Assembly: GCF_037042905.1 (NCBI RefSeq)
Contig: NC_087251.1
Span: forward strand, 23,684,001-23,748,000
DNA from: Lytechinus pictus
Lineage: Eukaryota
Direction of reading: 5' to 3'
DNA: 64,000 nt
Shown piece after piece: positions 35,506-49,068 of this stretch (its first letter is position 1; the number at the start of each line of letters is the position of its first letter). Both the position numbers and the translations under genes were made by a program. Under the pieces are notes generated by a model. It worked only from the letters and a program-made list of their open reading frames with translations, was not told the origin of the DNA and searched no databases.

Positions 35506-35782
35506 ACAATTTTATAACAGATTAAGCAAACAACAGGTGTAAATTAATAATAAATCACACAACAGCAACATGAGTCGAGTCAGCACATGTACCGAACACG
35601 TAGGGCTGCTATAGTAGAATGACGAAAATATATGACGAAATGATGATTGGCCGAGATGGCAATTGGACCTATTGGTGATTAGACCAAATGGCAATTAAAT
35701 GGCAATTAGAAATGATTGTTAGACGAAATGGGTTTAGACTAAGTGACAGAGGACCAACTGCAGTTAGACCAAATGGAATAGA

Positions 35783-37051
35783 CAGTGGCGTACCGTGGGT
35801 CACGGCATTGGGGGGGGGGGCACCAGCAAAAATTATGAGTCACTTATAGAGCGCGCGAAGCTCGCTCAGTTGCTAGGTATACTGACATAATAGGGACATT
35901 TAAAGGACAGTGTCATTAAACGGATATGTATCTCACTGATCACATAATGCGAGCGCGAAGCGCGAGCTGAAATTTTTGTATATATTGACCCCAAACGGAC
36001 ATTTTAAGGACAATATTTTAGGAATGCATTAATTAAGAGTATACATATCTCACCATAGTCATCTAATGCGAGTACAAAGCGCTTGCTGATATTGTTAGAA
36101 TAATATACATCTAAACACATGAAGCACTTGTAGTCATTGTAATCATAATTAACATACGCATCTCACTAATCAAATATTGCGAGCGCGAAGCGCGAGCTGA
36201 AAATTTAGGAAAGTCAGACCTGAAGAGGGATATTTCAAGGCTTGTTTGTAGGAATTCACGTAGATCATATGTAGTTCACTAACCAAATGATGCGAACGCG
36301 AAGCGCGAGCTGAAATTTTTGTATATATTGACCCAAAAGAGGGATAAGGACTATTTATTTTTTTAAAGGATTCCATTAAGAGTACAGATATCTCACCATA
36401 GTCATCTAATGCGAGTGCCAAGCGAATGCTGATTTTGTTAGAATTCACGTAGACCATGCGTATTTCACTAACCAAATGATGCGAGCGCGAAGCGCAAGCT
36501 GAAATTTTTTACATTCAGATCAGAAAAAGGGACATTTTAAGGACTGATTTTAGAAAATTCATGAAGAACAGACATATCTCACCAATCCACGAATGCGAAC
36601 GTAAGTACGGACAGGAAATGGTTTATATTAAGACCTTAAAATCGGGCAATCACTTTAAGTAGTCATGAAAAAAAAAGTATATGTCACTACATAAAACAAT
36701 AATAATTCGAAGTCTAAGAAAATATATTTGGTGTATATTGACTTGAAAACGGGAGGTTTTAGTACAAGAAGATTATATATATTGTTAAACAGGCAATGCG
36801 AGCACCAGGAAAAATGAAGACTAGGCCCTGTGCAAATTATGTTTCATAAAGTTATAATTTATTTATGTAATATAACATAAGATAATCATAATATAATATA
36901 CCATTATAATTAACAATAATTTCTTCTTTCCCACTACGTTTCTTTCCCTTTCTCCCTCTTTTTCTCCTTTTCCCCGTTTTTTTTTTTTTGGCCAGCCGAT
37001 TGGGGGGGGGGGGGCACGTGCTCCCCATGCCCCCCCGTAGTTACGCCACTG
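35783..37051 (-). mobile_element. Second copy of the 32167-33348 hAT family in inverted orientation, 8-bp TSD GGAATAGA
   Basis: CAGTGGCGTACCGTGGGTCACGGCATTG...CCCCGTAGTTACGCCACTG; GGAATAGA at 35775-35782 and 37052-37059; the body is the reverse complement of the first copy. Confidence 0.9.
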
Positions 37052-37118
37052 GGAATAGATGAAATAAAAGTAGACTAAGTGGATTAGACCATTTGCCTTT
37101 AGACCAGTTGGCTATCGT

Positions 37119-37418
37119 GGAGCGTTGTGGCCTATAAAAGTGGATTAGTCTTCGGACTTTGAAACAGAGGGTCGTGGGTTCGAATCCCAGCCATGGCGTA
37201 ATTTCCTTCGGCAAGAAATTCATCCACATTGTGCTGCACTCGACCCAGGTGAGGTGAATGGGTACCCGGCAGGATTTATTCCTTGAACGCTTTATCGCCT
37301 ATTAATATGGCGGCTTAGTTATCATAATATTATACCAAGTATCAAAGCGCAGTTGAGTATATGCACATAGTAACTGCGCTATATAAATGGACATATTAGT
37401 ATTATTATTATTATTATT
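37119..37418 (+). mobile_element. tRNA-derived SINE with L2-type 3' tail
   Basis: A-box-like TGGCC...GTGG, B-box GGTTCGAATCC (about 37177), core CACTCGACCCAGGTG...AATGGGTACC, tail GCGCTATATAAAT followed by (TAT)n. Confidence 0.85.
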
Positions 37419-37706
37419 GGACTAAATGGTAATAGACGTAATAAAAATGGACAAAGTGGCTATTGGGCCAATTGGCAAAAATGCAATAGACCAAATGGCT
37501 ATTAGACCAATCGATAATAGACGAAATGGTTATTAGACCAACTGGCTATTGGACTAAATGGTAAATGGACGAAATGGTAATGGATAGTGGACCAACTGAT
37601 GGTAGACGAAATGACATTAGACCATTTGGCAGTATATGGCAATAAACCGCCACTGCTGGATGGTAGCGGGGATCGGACGGGGAGGGATGCTGCATGCATA
37701 TACCAT

Positions 37707-37881
37707 ACACAGTAAAAAAAAATAGCACGTTGTTTAAGCCTGTCACTCTAACAACAGGTTGTATAAACTTTTCTGTAATTTACTCTTTAAACAACTTGTT
37801 TAAAAAGTTTCAACAGCTGTTTAAAAAGTTTAAACGGTAGTTGTTAGAGTGACAGGCTTAAACAACTTGCTTAAAATTTTA
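37707..37881. mobile_element. Short palindromic MITE (ACACAGTAAAAA...TTTTTACAGTGT)
   Basis: Inverted termini plus an internal inverted repeat GTTGTTTAAGCCTGTCACTCTAACAAC / GTTGTTAGAGTGACAGGCTTAAACAAC. Confidence 0.75.
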
Positions 37882-38563
37882 AACAGCGTTTTTACAGTGT
37901 ATACAGCACCTCCCAGACCGGGTTGACAAATAGGCAAAACAAATATTAATAATAATAATAAATGGTTATTACTCCCCAAAATAATGAGGGAGATTTGTAA
38001 ACAATAACCCCCCCCTTTTTTGTTGGGGGGGGTGGCTTGTCGGAATTCTTTCTGACGACAAAACTCCAGCAATTGTACCCCAGTGACTGGTCGCCATTAA
38101 TTTCCAACAAACAACAACCCAGTATTAAAAAATCTTTCACAGGGCCCTGAACGGCGTACACACCTGTTCTGATTTGTTCATTTTTTGTTTTTTTTTTCAT
38201 ATGATTTGGGGTAAAGTTTTTTTTTCGATTAAGGAAAAAGTGAAACGAACATTGATTTGGTAGTTGACAGTCATAATTTAGGTGCCAACCGAGATACAAA
38301 TTAAACCAATTATCATAATACACAACAGCTGTGTATAATAGCTGCATGTATACACTTGATTGGGGGTTTGTGCATGTCTTGCAGGGACGGATCCAGCCTT
38401 TGCCAATAGGGAGGGGGGCGGACATTTTCTCAGCCATATTTTCCCCGATCGGCCGCTCGAAGATGATTTTTTGTTTATTTGAAGTGGTAGTCCTAATAGT
38501 CACTTCTTAGCTTTATTCTTATAAATCAACATAAAAAAAATAATATCATAATCCTTATTTATA

Positions 38564-39549
38564 CAGTGCGTATAAAAAAAAGTTTACACTTAGAAAAAAT
38601 CCTGTAAAATTATACATTTGTAATATCCTGAAGATTTTTCCACATTTTAACATTGGTACAGATCCATTTAAGCAAATTACGAACTGTCGAAAAATATTTC
38701 CGCTTGAGTGAGCACCACTTACTTTTGAAAAGTTAGTGAAAAATGATTTGCGCAGAACTTTAAAATTAGTTATGCGAATAAAAGTAGACCTTAATCATGA
38801 ATAACACATTAAATTTAGCTAGTAAAATTGATTTGAAGATATCTTTTACCTTTTTTAACTTGTTTCCTTGCCCAAAACACTTTGAAGAGTGCATTGCGCC
38901 CCAACCTAATCCCCCACACACCCTTAAGGCCATCGTGACGATATTTGCTTTACACTGAGCTGTGATTTACTTGAAATGGCGTAGGCTTGAATTTCATTTT
39001 GTTAATCATTGTAAAGCTTGCAAAAAGTGTGGAGAAACAAGTATTAAATGAAAAATGAAATGTAAACCCACTTTAAATGATAAAAACTTAGTGAAAAAAT
39101 GCTGGAGATGTCTGATATAAACTTTTGTTCAGATTCAGTTATTTCCTCAGATCCAGCTGGCACAAAAAGGGTAAAGGTTGTGCTTACTAAGTGTTGAAAT
39201 TTCAATTTGGGTGGCAAAATTGTTACAAAATGCTTAAATGTATCCCTTTTATTTCAATTACTAAAAGTGCAAGGGAAATGTATGAGAAATATTTCGCAGG
39301 TTAAGTTTGATTTCGCCCTTTCCCCTTGACACAGCGTGAAAATGAGCATGTCTGCGCAAACAGATTTCTGCGAGCTTTACACAAATGGACAGTGTTCACT
39401 CAAGTGTAACATTCTGTCAAAATGTTTACTTTCATTGGATAGATGAGACCCAAACCCAAGAATATTTGTGAAAAAAATACCCACATGTTGTATATTTTTT
39501 TAATTCCCAGGGCTTTTTCAAAGTGTAAACTTTTTTTTGATACGCACTG
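38564..39549. mobile_element. Tc1/mariner-type MITE, about 1 kb
   Basis: TA-CAGTGCGTATAAAAAAAAGTTTACACTT...AAGTGTAAACTTTTTTTTGATACGCACTG TIRs. Confidence 0.8.
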
Positions 39550-39744
39550 CAATGCGAGCGCGAGCTAATTTTTATTTCATTTTATGTATTTTGTGACAAA
39601 ATTTGAACATTCTGGGCAATAGTGAATAAAGAAGCTTTAATCGGAGGTAATAATAATTTGTAAACAAATTTTCGGCATTTTAGCTCCCATGTGTTCAAGA
39701 TCGCATGCTCGATCTGTAATGAAAATCATAAGTCAGAAAAAATT

Positions 39745-40015
39745 GGAACCAGTGCATGGGATTCGAACCTGTCATCTACTGCTTGCCGGGCAGCGACTCA
39801 ACCACCAGGCTATTCTGGTTCACGGCTAAGTAACGATGAACTGGAATTAAAATACCCTCTATCCTCTTCTTCTGACTCATTAATATTTTTTAATTATTTA
39901 TTTTCTGACTCATTAATATGCAAATGCATTTACTATCTATTGTCCCCGGCGGACGGCATTTGCATATTAATGAGTCAGAAAAAAGAGGACAGAGGGTATT
40001 TGTATTCCAGTTCAT
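39745..40015 (-). mobile_element. tRNA-like SINE head (39745-39820) abutting a palindromic hairpin element (39835-40015)
   Basis: Minus strand TAGCCTGGTGG (A box) ... GGTTCGAATCCC (B box). Adjacent inverted repeat ATGAACTGGAAT..ATACCCTCT..CTGACTCATTAATATGCAAATGC / GCATTTGCATATTAATGAGTCAG..AGAGGGTAT..ATTCCAGTTCAT. Confidence 0.6.
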
Positions 40016-40221
40016 TAACAATCAAAATAATGCGAGCGCGAAGCGTGAGCTATACCTAAAGAACGGAAATTCTAAGCACTTTTTGTAATTTAAACAGTGA
40101 AGATTATTGATGCAAGCGCGAAGCGCGAACGGAAAATTTCGAGATTAGACCTAAAAACGAGACACTCTATTCATGTTTTGTAAATCATGAAAAGGATGAG
40201 TATATAATTGGGGATCTTACC

Positions 40222-40810
40222 TTAAAGGGATGGTCCGGGCTGAAAGTATTTATACCTTAATTAATAAAATATAAGTCACTGAGCAAAATGCCGAAAATTT
40301 CATCAAAATCGGATAAAAAAAAACAAAGTTATTAAATTTTAAAGTTAAGCAATATTTTGTGAAAACAATCGTCATGAATATTCATTATGTGGGCTGATGA
40401 TGTCAAATCCCCACTTGTTCTTTTGTATTTTATTATATGAAATTAGGTTTATTCAATTTTTTTTCCTCCAAGAACTAGAAAAATTGGATTGACAACTGAT
40501 TTAGTGCATTAGATATTTATTGCTACAACTTATTTCATTATAAGGGAGATATATTATTCACACAAGTATGAAATAATGAAAAAATATTATTTTATGTATA
40601 TAACATAAGAAAACGGAAAGTGGAGATGTGACATCATCAGCCCAGCTAATGAATATTCATGACGACTGTTTTCACAAAATTGCTAAACTTTAAAATTCAA
40701 TAACTTAATTATTTGTTATCCGACTTTGATGAAATTTTCGGCATTTTGCTCAGAGAATTCTACTCTCTGTATTAAGATATAAATATTTTCAGCCCGGACC
40801 ATCCCTTTAA
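40222..40810. mobile_element. TTAA-flanked palindromic MITE (Kolobok-type); right end duplicated at about 40880-40973
   Basis: TTAAAGGGATGGTCCGGGCTGAAA...TTTCAGCCCGGACCATCCCTTTAA with arms of about 180 bp; second copy of the terminus GGACCATCCCTTTAA ends near 40974. Confidence 0.85.
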
Positions 40811-41439
40811 GAAAATTGATCATTATTCTGTTATATTTTCATTCCAAATTATTCCGATCTATGGCTGTTGGACCATACGAAGTGAATTCTACTCATAGAG
40901 ATATATACTACATCTCTATGATTCTACTCTATGTATTAACATATAAATATTTTCAGCACGGACCATCCCTTTAATAATTTGAGCGCAAAGCGCGAGCATA
41001 AAATGTTTATATATGTTTTGAACTGATATTGAAAAGGTAAAGAATGGAAAATTTTAATCGATTTTTTTAATGGTGAACAAGATAGCTATGTAACTGAACA
41101 TTGATGCGAGCCCCCCCCCCACCCCCTGGATCCGCCTATGTTATAAACATTTTATCTTTCCTTATATTTTTTCTTCTTTACTTTTATATTTTTTACTTAC
41201 ATAGCAAAGCAGAAAGGGAGGTACGCAACTACGCACTGAGAAAACAAATTTCAAAAACAAAAACAAAACAGGACAAAAAAAACCCCAAAACAACACTTTT
41301 ATTTGCTAGTCTTGTGTGAAAACTCACTGGTTGATCAAAGATTTAATCAGAGTCTGTGCATGCAGACTAGTTTGCCGGTACGGTAGCAACACATGCATAT
41401 GATGTATATGTAAACAATCTCTCGATCGGCTAGCTCAAA

Positions 41440-44400
41440 ATGGCACAGGCAGAAGAAAAAGAAAGTGCTGGTAAATATCGTTTACTTTTAGCTTGGTCAT
41501 CTATATTTCTAACATAATGAACTTTGAAAATTATTTTGGGAATTGGTAGAAAGAAAAATGTCGTTACCCACGTATATCTGTAATGAAGTAAATTTAAAAA
41601 CTTGCAATTGATTTCTCGTCGTGTTTGGAAACTGGCATGGCTCAGCTCAGGAGCGAGCCGCTCTCACGTACCGTACCGCCAACTAGCCCGTACCCCTATA
41701 CCCAGCCGCGGCTGGCTGTCCGCTAGGCTTCTTACCACTTTACTGCGGCAGCTGGCAGCCCATGGCTAGCCACCGCACCAAGCAAGGCCAAGGGTAGACC
41801 AAAAGCTTCGGTCTCTGTTATGTTGGTTGTTCCGCTGAACTCCGTTGGCTCCACTCACCAATTACAGAGACCGAAGTTCTAACTCGATCTGTACAGGGAC
41901 TCAATCAATGGCCATATTTGGCATAGGCTATATCATATGTTTATGTATTAAATTCGGATATACCAGGTCCAGGAAAGTGAAGTTGCGCGACAGCCGAAGT
42001 AAGTCACTGTTTTGTGTCCTTTTAAATTTATTTTCCCCGTTTTGGTGCATTTAAGGCCAAACAGAATAATAATCTTTATTTTGGTCCAGTTCTTTTCATA
42101 TTTTATGAAATAAAGACAAAAATCGATGAGCACCATCGGGGGGGATTTTGCATTTTTAACCCCCTAATGGCAGCTGCACGATCGCGAGCCGTCTGTGTAT
42201 GAGGAGAAATTTTAAAAAATGTTTTAAACTCCTCGAAGCAGACAGCTGCCAGCTGTCTATACTGTATACAAATGTATGACTTATATGACGGGTATATGAT
42301 AGCCTGGAATTTCATTCCATATCATTATATACTTAGATCTTTAAAAAAAGTTTTATATGAAAGAACCAAATTCCGATCCATATGTTTATTTGATCGGACA
42401 CCTATAAATAAAAATAAATTTTCCTTAAAAATAGCAAAATCCACAAAAATATTTTTTTCCCATATCACTGTTATCAGTTTGTGCACGGTAACTTGGGGTA
42501 TAGTGCCCCAAAATAGAGCAATGAGAGAAAAATGTGATGACTGGTGCTCCTAAAGTTTAATATTTGAAGAAGTTGATCAAATAGGATTTCAAATTGTTGA
42601 TTTGTTGAATGAATCAAGATGGGGATACCCCTATATACTGTCATTTATTGGGATTGAGCAAACTTGTACATTTAAATAAAGTTACAGGTAGATTTTCGCT
42701 AAGTAATATTTTTAATAACTTTAACACAGAATCACTGCTTGCGGATATTCAGAAGAAAATTACAGATGCATTTGATATCTTCGACCATGAGTCTAATAAG
42801 ACTGTTGATGTTAGGTGAGTAAATGATTAAATATTGATTGAATCGAATATGATAATTGGGTAATGTTTGTAGCTTGTGGGTGGTATAGTTTCCTGTTTTA
42901 GTTTCATATATTTTCTCTTTATGTTGGGCAATCTTTTTGGACTAAATTCTTTCACTAAAGTAAAAAAACCTTTTTTCAAAGTACCATATTTCTCATTGAT
43001 ACATGTATGCTCAGGTGGACCTTGATTTGATGTTTCCTGAAAATTTTGTTTGGCTTTTGGGAATCTTTTTTAAGGTAGGGTAGTTAGTTGTACAAACCAA
43101 TAAGCTTGGAAAGAGTGGTCTGAATTGGAAGCCTTACAGTCCTGACTGGACTTACGTATCAAAGGCCCGAATTCAGAACTTAGAACTTCTTTGCTTGGCT
43201 TTATAATGGCAACCAGTCAGAAATGATTTCTAATAGCTTCTTTTATATTCTTTTAGATTTTTCCCCCTTATTTTTTTTTCCAAGATGTATTTGCAGTGCT
43301 AGACTTGTCCCAAGACCCTCTTTTTTATTCAAGATTTATTCAGGGTCTATGCCTGCAGACAGGAGTAATGATACCTTCCTCTTATTTTTACTATTATTGA
43401 GTTAGGTTGAACAGTAATAGACAGAAGTATTGGCTGAAAGCGTAGGATATATAATAAAGTTGTGCAACCATAAGTGAAAACAGTTTTTTATTAGAAACTA
43501 AGATGTAGAACAGGATACTCATCCTACAATTAATCATGTATGCTAATAATGATATTAATTTTAATTGAGAAACCATATAAATTCACATTCAACTTTCCAA
43601 GTTGCTGTAGTTGTCATATTTACACTTGCGATTATCTTAATTACTGCATGTGATGTTGTTAATGTGATTGTTTTTTTTTTTCTTCATGTGTTACAGGGAG
43701 ATTGGGACCATTATCAGGTCATTAGGTTGCTGTCCTAGTGAAGGTGAACTCCATGATCTTTTGTCTGAGATGGAAGAGGAGGAGCCCACAGGATACATCA
43801 AGTATGATCGTTACAAGCCAATCATGCGAGAAGTTCTCATGGAACGCAAGTAAGTTAAATGAGAGTGGAAGTATAGATGAGATGGATGACAATCTGGGTT
43901 GCAGGTGCATCAGTGCTCTTTATATCCTAACTTTACTCATCATTAAATCAGAATGTAAATTGTTAACTGACTGACATTCTCCTCCTCTTTCTTACTTATT
44001 GTCACTATCTAAACAATTGTATTAATGTCATCATCAAGATCATCAGGTCAGGTGTATCTTGCTATAATCTGAATACATTTATCATTTTTACCCCTAACTG
44101 CTATATCTTTTGATGGAAATTTTTGTATGACAATGTTTTCTAGCAAAAAGAATCAATGTAAAAGATAAACGTTATAAATTGTTTTGATGATGCTCCTTCT
44201 ATAGTGTTTAAAAAGTTCAAGTATTAGAGAGAAAGATAACAGATGGGAATGACAGGGGATGTCATCATGTGTTGGGCAGTGTTTCATTTTCATATTTCGT
44301 CTTATTTTTATTTTTTGAAAATGTTTCTTTGAAGATTCAAGCCATCCCCTGAGGATCAGCTTGTCAAGGCATTTGAAGTACTAGATGTTGAAAAGAAAGG

Positions 44401-45485
44401 CCATCTTACAGTTGAAGAGGTGACAAAACTCATGTCTGAAGAAGGTAATACCACTTTCTTTCATTTCATGCTAAACCTTTGTATAATTGTAATTTGCAAT
44501 GATCATGGCCATACGCAGACATTTTTCGCCGGGGGGGAGGGGCAGCAACTTTTTTGAAAAAAAAAATTGAAAGCAAGGGAGTGAAGTGACAGAACTTGTC
44601 ATCGAGGCGGTTTTGCAATTTGTAAGGTGAAATTGAAGTATTTTGTGCATACGGTACTTTTGGTGAAATTCATGAAAACTTTCAGAAAAAATGTAAGTTT
44701 TCAAAATAATCATAAGATATATTTTATAAAGGTGAAATAACAGAATGTAATTAAGATAGAGTATTTCACTTGTGCACAGTGATTTGAGTAGACCTTTTGA
44801 ACTAAATCATGTTTAAAAAAAATCTGCTTGAAACGTATTGCAGTTTGCTCCCTGTATTTCTTGTGTGTGGAAAAGCTTTTAAAAAAAACGTAGTTTGATA
44901 TGTATACATAGTATGAGCCATTGAAAACAGGACAAAATTTGTTACTAATCGTTGAGGAAATATGGAAAAGAAGTAAAATAAAATATTTTTTAAAAGGTGG
45001 GATGGTAAGAGATAACTTTGACCACTCTTAAGCAAATCTTGAACATTGCTTCTTTGTTTTTATTACTTTATCACTGTATGTTCAATTGAGGATTCTCCAA
45101 GTGTTCAGGGGATTCCACATCAATTGCACCCTTGCCTGGATCCACTACTCTTGAAAGGCAAAAACAATACATCTCCATGATATATTGCCTGTAATTCAAT
45201 TTTGCTTTGTCAAAATCACCTCTTGCTATTGTGTCTATTAAAAGATAATATTCTATTGACTATTTGTGACTAATAAACTTTTTAATATATTTATTCAAAT
45301 ACATGTATTTAAGTAGTATTCCAAGTCCGTATTCAACGTATTGAAAATTTTAATTTGATTTTACAGGAGAGCCATTCACACAAGAAGAACTTGAGGAGAT
45401 GCTTTCAGCTGCTGTGGACCCAGAGAAAGGGGTGGTCCTGTATAAAGATTATGCTTCAATGATGACACTTGATGCAGAAATGTGA
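41440..45485 (+). CDS. EFCAB2: EF-hand calcium-binding domain protein 2 / dynein regulatory complex subunit 8, 5 exons, 165 aa
   Basis: Exons 41440-41470, 42730-42814, 43697-43849, 44335-44444, 45367-45485 (498 nt, phases consistent). Sequence KITDAFDIFDHESNKTVDVREIGTIIRSLGCCPSEGELHDLL.EMEEEEPTGYI...AFEVLD...EEGEPFTQEELEEMLSAAVD matches EFCAB2/DRC8. Confidence 0.95.
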
Positions 45486-47115
45486 TTCCCATCCTTTTTT
45501 TACATTATCACTAAATGAAATGTCAGTGATGAATTTCAGTGATTTTGAACAGTGTCCAAGGAAAATATTGTGTTTTTTATTGCTGCAAAACATTTGAATC
45601 ACCAAACGGAAGACAAATTGTTTCAAGTCTGTCCAAGGTCATATGCACTGAACACAAATAAGTATGTAATGGACTATACAGAGGTGGTTAGTCCGACCGT
45701 TTCAGCTGTTTGTTATTTTTTCAATATTGAGGGCATTTGAAGAGTAATCCTTTGCTGAGAAACATTTCTTGATCCGATATTCTTCCTGAATACCATGATA
45801 AGAAATGCTCACAATGCTATTAATCATCTTTCTTTTCCACAACTGTTATTTCTTTTGAAAAAAAAGATAAATACTTACAGAGTTTTTCACACCAAGTACC
45901 TCAATGCAGTTTAGACCATATTTGTCAACTTTACTTGGCCTTGAAAGTCATTTGTAGCTCTGAATAGGAAGTTGCAAATGTCAAATGAAAAACTGAAAAT
46001 GTTTTCTATTTTAGGATAGAAAATATTAAATGCACATGAGTCAAAACTGAGTTCAAAGATGCCCAGCTTTCAGCAGGCCTGCATAACATATAGTAATAGA
46101 TTCCAAAAACAAGTTTCATGATGAGCAAAATAAATATATGGCTCAGCTTTTCTGCAAAATAAATGTTAATTCAGCTTTGCTGGTCAGAGCTCATCCAATT
46201 AATTATTTGAGGTGAAAAAGAAGGTGACTCAAATGTGCTTTTCACATATTTAAGAGTGGCACAAATACATTGTATTAGTTTTGTTCTGCCATGTGGAATT
46301 TGAAATGACATTGCTATACGGGGCACAGCATGCAGACTATGATGATCATAAAATAGGTCTAAAGAATATTGCTCTTGATTTAAATTACAGTAATTGCAGC
46401 ATCTTTCCAGCTCTATGAGTGAAACTGCAAATGAACATTGGGAGTCATTTTGGCTTCATAGGATTTAAATCTAGTTATACAAACAAATGATCCGTTTTGC
46501 TAAGGAAAATATACATTCTATTGAATCTCCAATGTTATTTTATGTATTAAATGATTATAGTGATATATCATGTATAGTTTATAAGTGTAAATAACTGTAA
46601 ATAAAAGACACACAAAACTGATCAGCATGACTTGAACCAATCTTGTTGAATGTACAGTACTAGTAATTAGAAAAAAAGTTTCAATAAATTTCTATAGGAA
46701 AGATGCACCGGAGTGGATTTAAGCTGTGATCCAAATCTGTGCTGAAATAATGAATAGTCAAAATTAGATGGAATGCCAAGTATGCTGGCAAACTAGACCT
46801 GATGTACTGCAAGAATTGCATCTTTTTACTGTTAGGTTTCAGTTGCACTAAGGTGCAAAACAATGGACTATGCAGATTTTTGTGTACAAACTTATGCTAA
46901 TTTCATTGCATACATTAGGAAAAGTTCAATTATAAATGTTTGCTTTTGGCAACGGGCGTTAAGTTAATTATTGAGTGAAGCCTGATAATACATGAGATCT
47001 GTATAGTCCTATTTTGTACCGTGGTACAATTGAAGCCTCCTTTGTGAATTCTGGTCTAAGAGAGAGTGAAACCAAAAGACAAACAGAAAGGCATGTAAAA
47101 AGTAAGATATTAAGA

Positions 47116-47705
47116 TTAAAGGTCAAGTCCACCTCAGAAAAATGTTGATTTGAATCAACAGAGAAAAGTCAGACAAGTATAATGCTGAAAATTACATCAA
47201 AATCGGATGTAAAATAAGAAAGTAATGACATTTTTAAAGTTTCGCTTATTTTTCACAAAACAGTGATATGCACAACTTGGTGAGTCAGTCGATGATGTCC
47301 ATCACTCACTTTTTCTTGTTTTTTTATTGTTTGAATTATACAATATTTCATTTTTTTTAGATTTGACAGTAAGGACTAACTTGACTGAACCATATAGTAT
47401 TGAACAATGCTTAATTCCACATGTTCAGGGAGGAAGTAATCGTTGTATCCACAGACAATGAGGAAAACAAGAATATTTCATATAATAAAATACAAAAGAA
47501 ATAGTGAGTGGATGACGTCATAGTCTCCTCATTTGCATACCAGTCAGGATGTACATATAACTGTTTTGTGAAATTAAGTGAAACTTTAAAAGTCATAACT
47601 TTTTTATTTTACATCCGATTTTGATGAAATTTTCAGTGTTATGCTTGTTGGATTTTTCTCTTTTTATTCAAATCAACTTTTTGTTGGGGTAGACTTGTCC
47701 TTTAA
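47116..47705. mobile_element. TTAA-flanked palindromic MITE (Kolobok-type), complete copy
   Basis: TTAAAGGTCAAGTCCACCTCAG...TTGGGGTAGACTTGTCCTTTAA; same family as 59846-60447 and 2392-2657. Confidence 0.88.
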
Positions 47706-49068
47706 GAAGATTTTTCATTTTGGTTTCTTGTACCATCTCTTTTCTTTGTAAAATTTCCCTTGACATAAATTCAACCTTGTAGACTCAATTCGCAAATTGA
47801 AAAAAAAAAGTATGGAGTAAGGTCTGTAATAACCATCCTCAGTGTTTTTTTTAGGGGGTGGGTGTGAATTTCTTACATGACAAGGTATCATTTCCGCTCT
47901 CACCCAACATAATGCCGGAATTCCTAGTAACGGATTGTTCAGACATGGTGCAACAAAGCTCAGCAACATTTTGTGTACAGTCATTGTGACATGAGGCGAT
48001 AAACAATCAGTGATTTCAAGTTCAATGTTGACCTTCTAGTGCTAATGTTGGGCCATCTTTATTTAACTGCAAAGCACCAAACTCAAATGAAGCTGGTCCG
48101 GGGGAGGGGGTAATCTTGTGGGGTGTTAAACTATAAATAATACAATTTGGATATTTTTATAAATTCACATTTGGAGTTGGAGCCAAGAAAGGAAATCTGA
48201 TGTGTGGTACCAAAACATAAACCAACACTGAACTTGAAATCATCCAGTGTTGCAGAGGCAGGAGACTTTCTGTCACCTGGCTACAAAAAGCTGTACACTG
48301 ATCAAATTAAGTGCACAAGCATGTAAAAAGTTGAACAGACAAACACATCACATGACATGGCTTTGAAATGAAGCCATTACATAGGAGATTCAGGAGTTCC
48401 TCTAAGCCACAATTTTTTGCCAACTATGGACAATTTTTGAGAGATGTAGGATCTTTTTAATGCATAATGAGGCATTTATCTCGTGTCTGATCACTACATA
48501 TATATTATGTTGATGAGCTTTTGCACCATGCTTTACATGAGGAGAGACATTCAATCAACCAACAGAATAGTAGACTGATAAAAATTTATTAGATATGTAT
48601 GCAATTATAATTCTTTAACATTTGCTCAAGACAATATAAATTATGTACAGCAACTGAAAGTTTATCACTGACAAAGGACATGCTTTCATGATCACCTTTC
48701 AGACAGGCCACTCCTGTGATTTTTTCTTCATATTAACAACTCATTTTATGAGTTATATCATTCATATGCATAAAATAGTTATAATATTATTTATAACAAT
48801 CAAGTTAAGGACGAAGAAGCAATACAGAAAGATTGCATAAATACAATCTTCATTTATTTAGCCTGTATGAGGTAACCATTTTTGTTCACTTCTATTTGTG
48901 CCATTCGGTTCCTAAAATGTTATTACTACTGACAAATGAAATATAAAAGATGGTAGTTACTAAACACTAAAGTTGCAGACTCATCAGCTTTGATAAAAAC
49001 ATTACATCATTCAGGTCTTTGCCCAGTAGCAGGTGATGTCCATCACCCAGAATAGATTCTAGCTTAAA

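Larger units (their letters stand above)
35640..37630 (+). repeat. Degenerate 15-21-bp minisatellite (TAGACCAAATGG / TAGACGAAATGG) interrupted by a hAT element and a SINE
   Basis: Units at 35640-35782, 37060-37110 and 37419-37630. Confidence 0.7.
38382..41140. mobile_element. hAT-like non-autonomous element hosting several nested insertions
   Basis: Termini CAGGGACGGATCCAG / CTGGATCCGCCTATG; GCGAGCGCGAAGCG motifs between the nested inserts. Confidence 0.55.

Noticed and set aside
37830-38503. 185-aa and 80-aa minus-strand ORFs
   Set aside because: They run across MITE junctions and homopolymer tracts with no domain signal.
39745-39820. Possible tRNA gene
   Set aside because: A and B boxes are present but I could not build a clean acceptor stem or cloverleaf, and it sits among nested repeats; treated as a SINE head.
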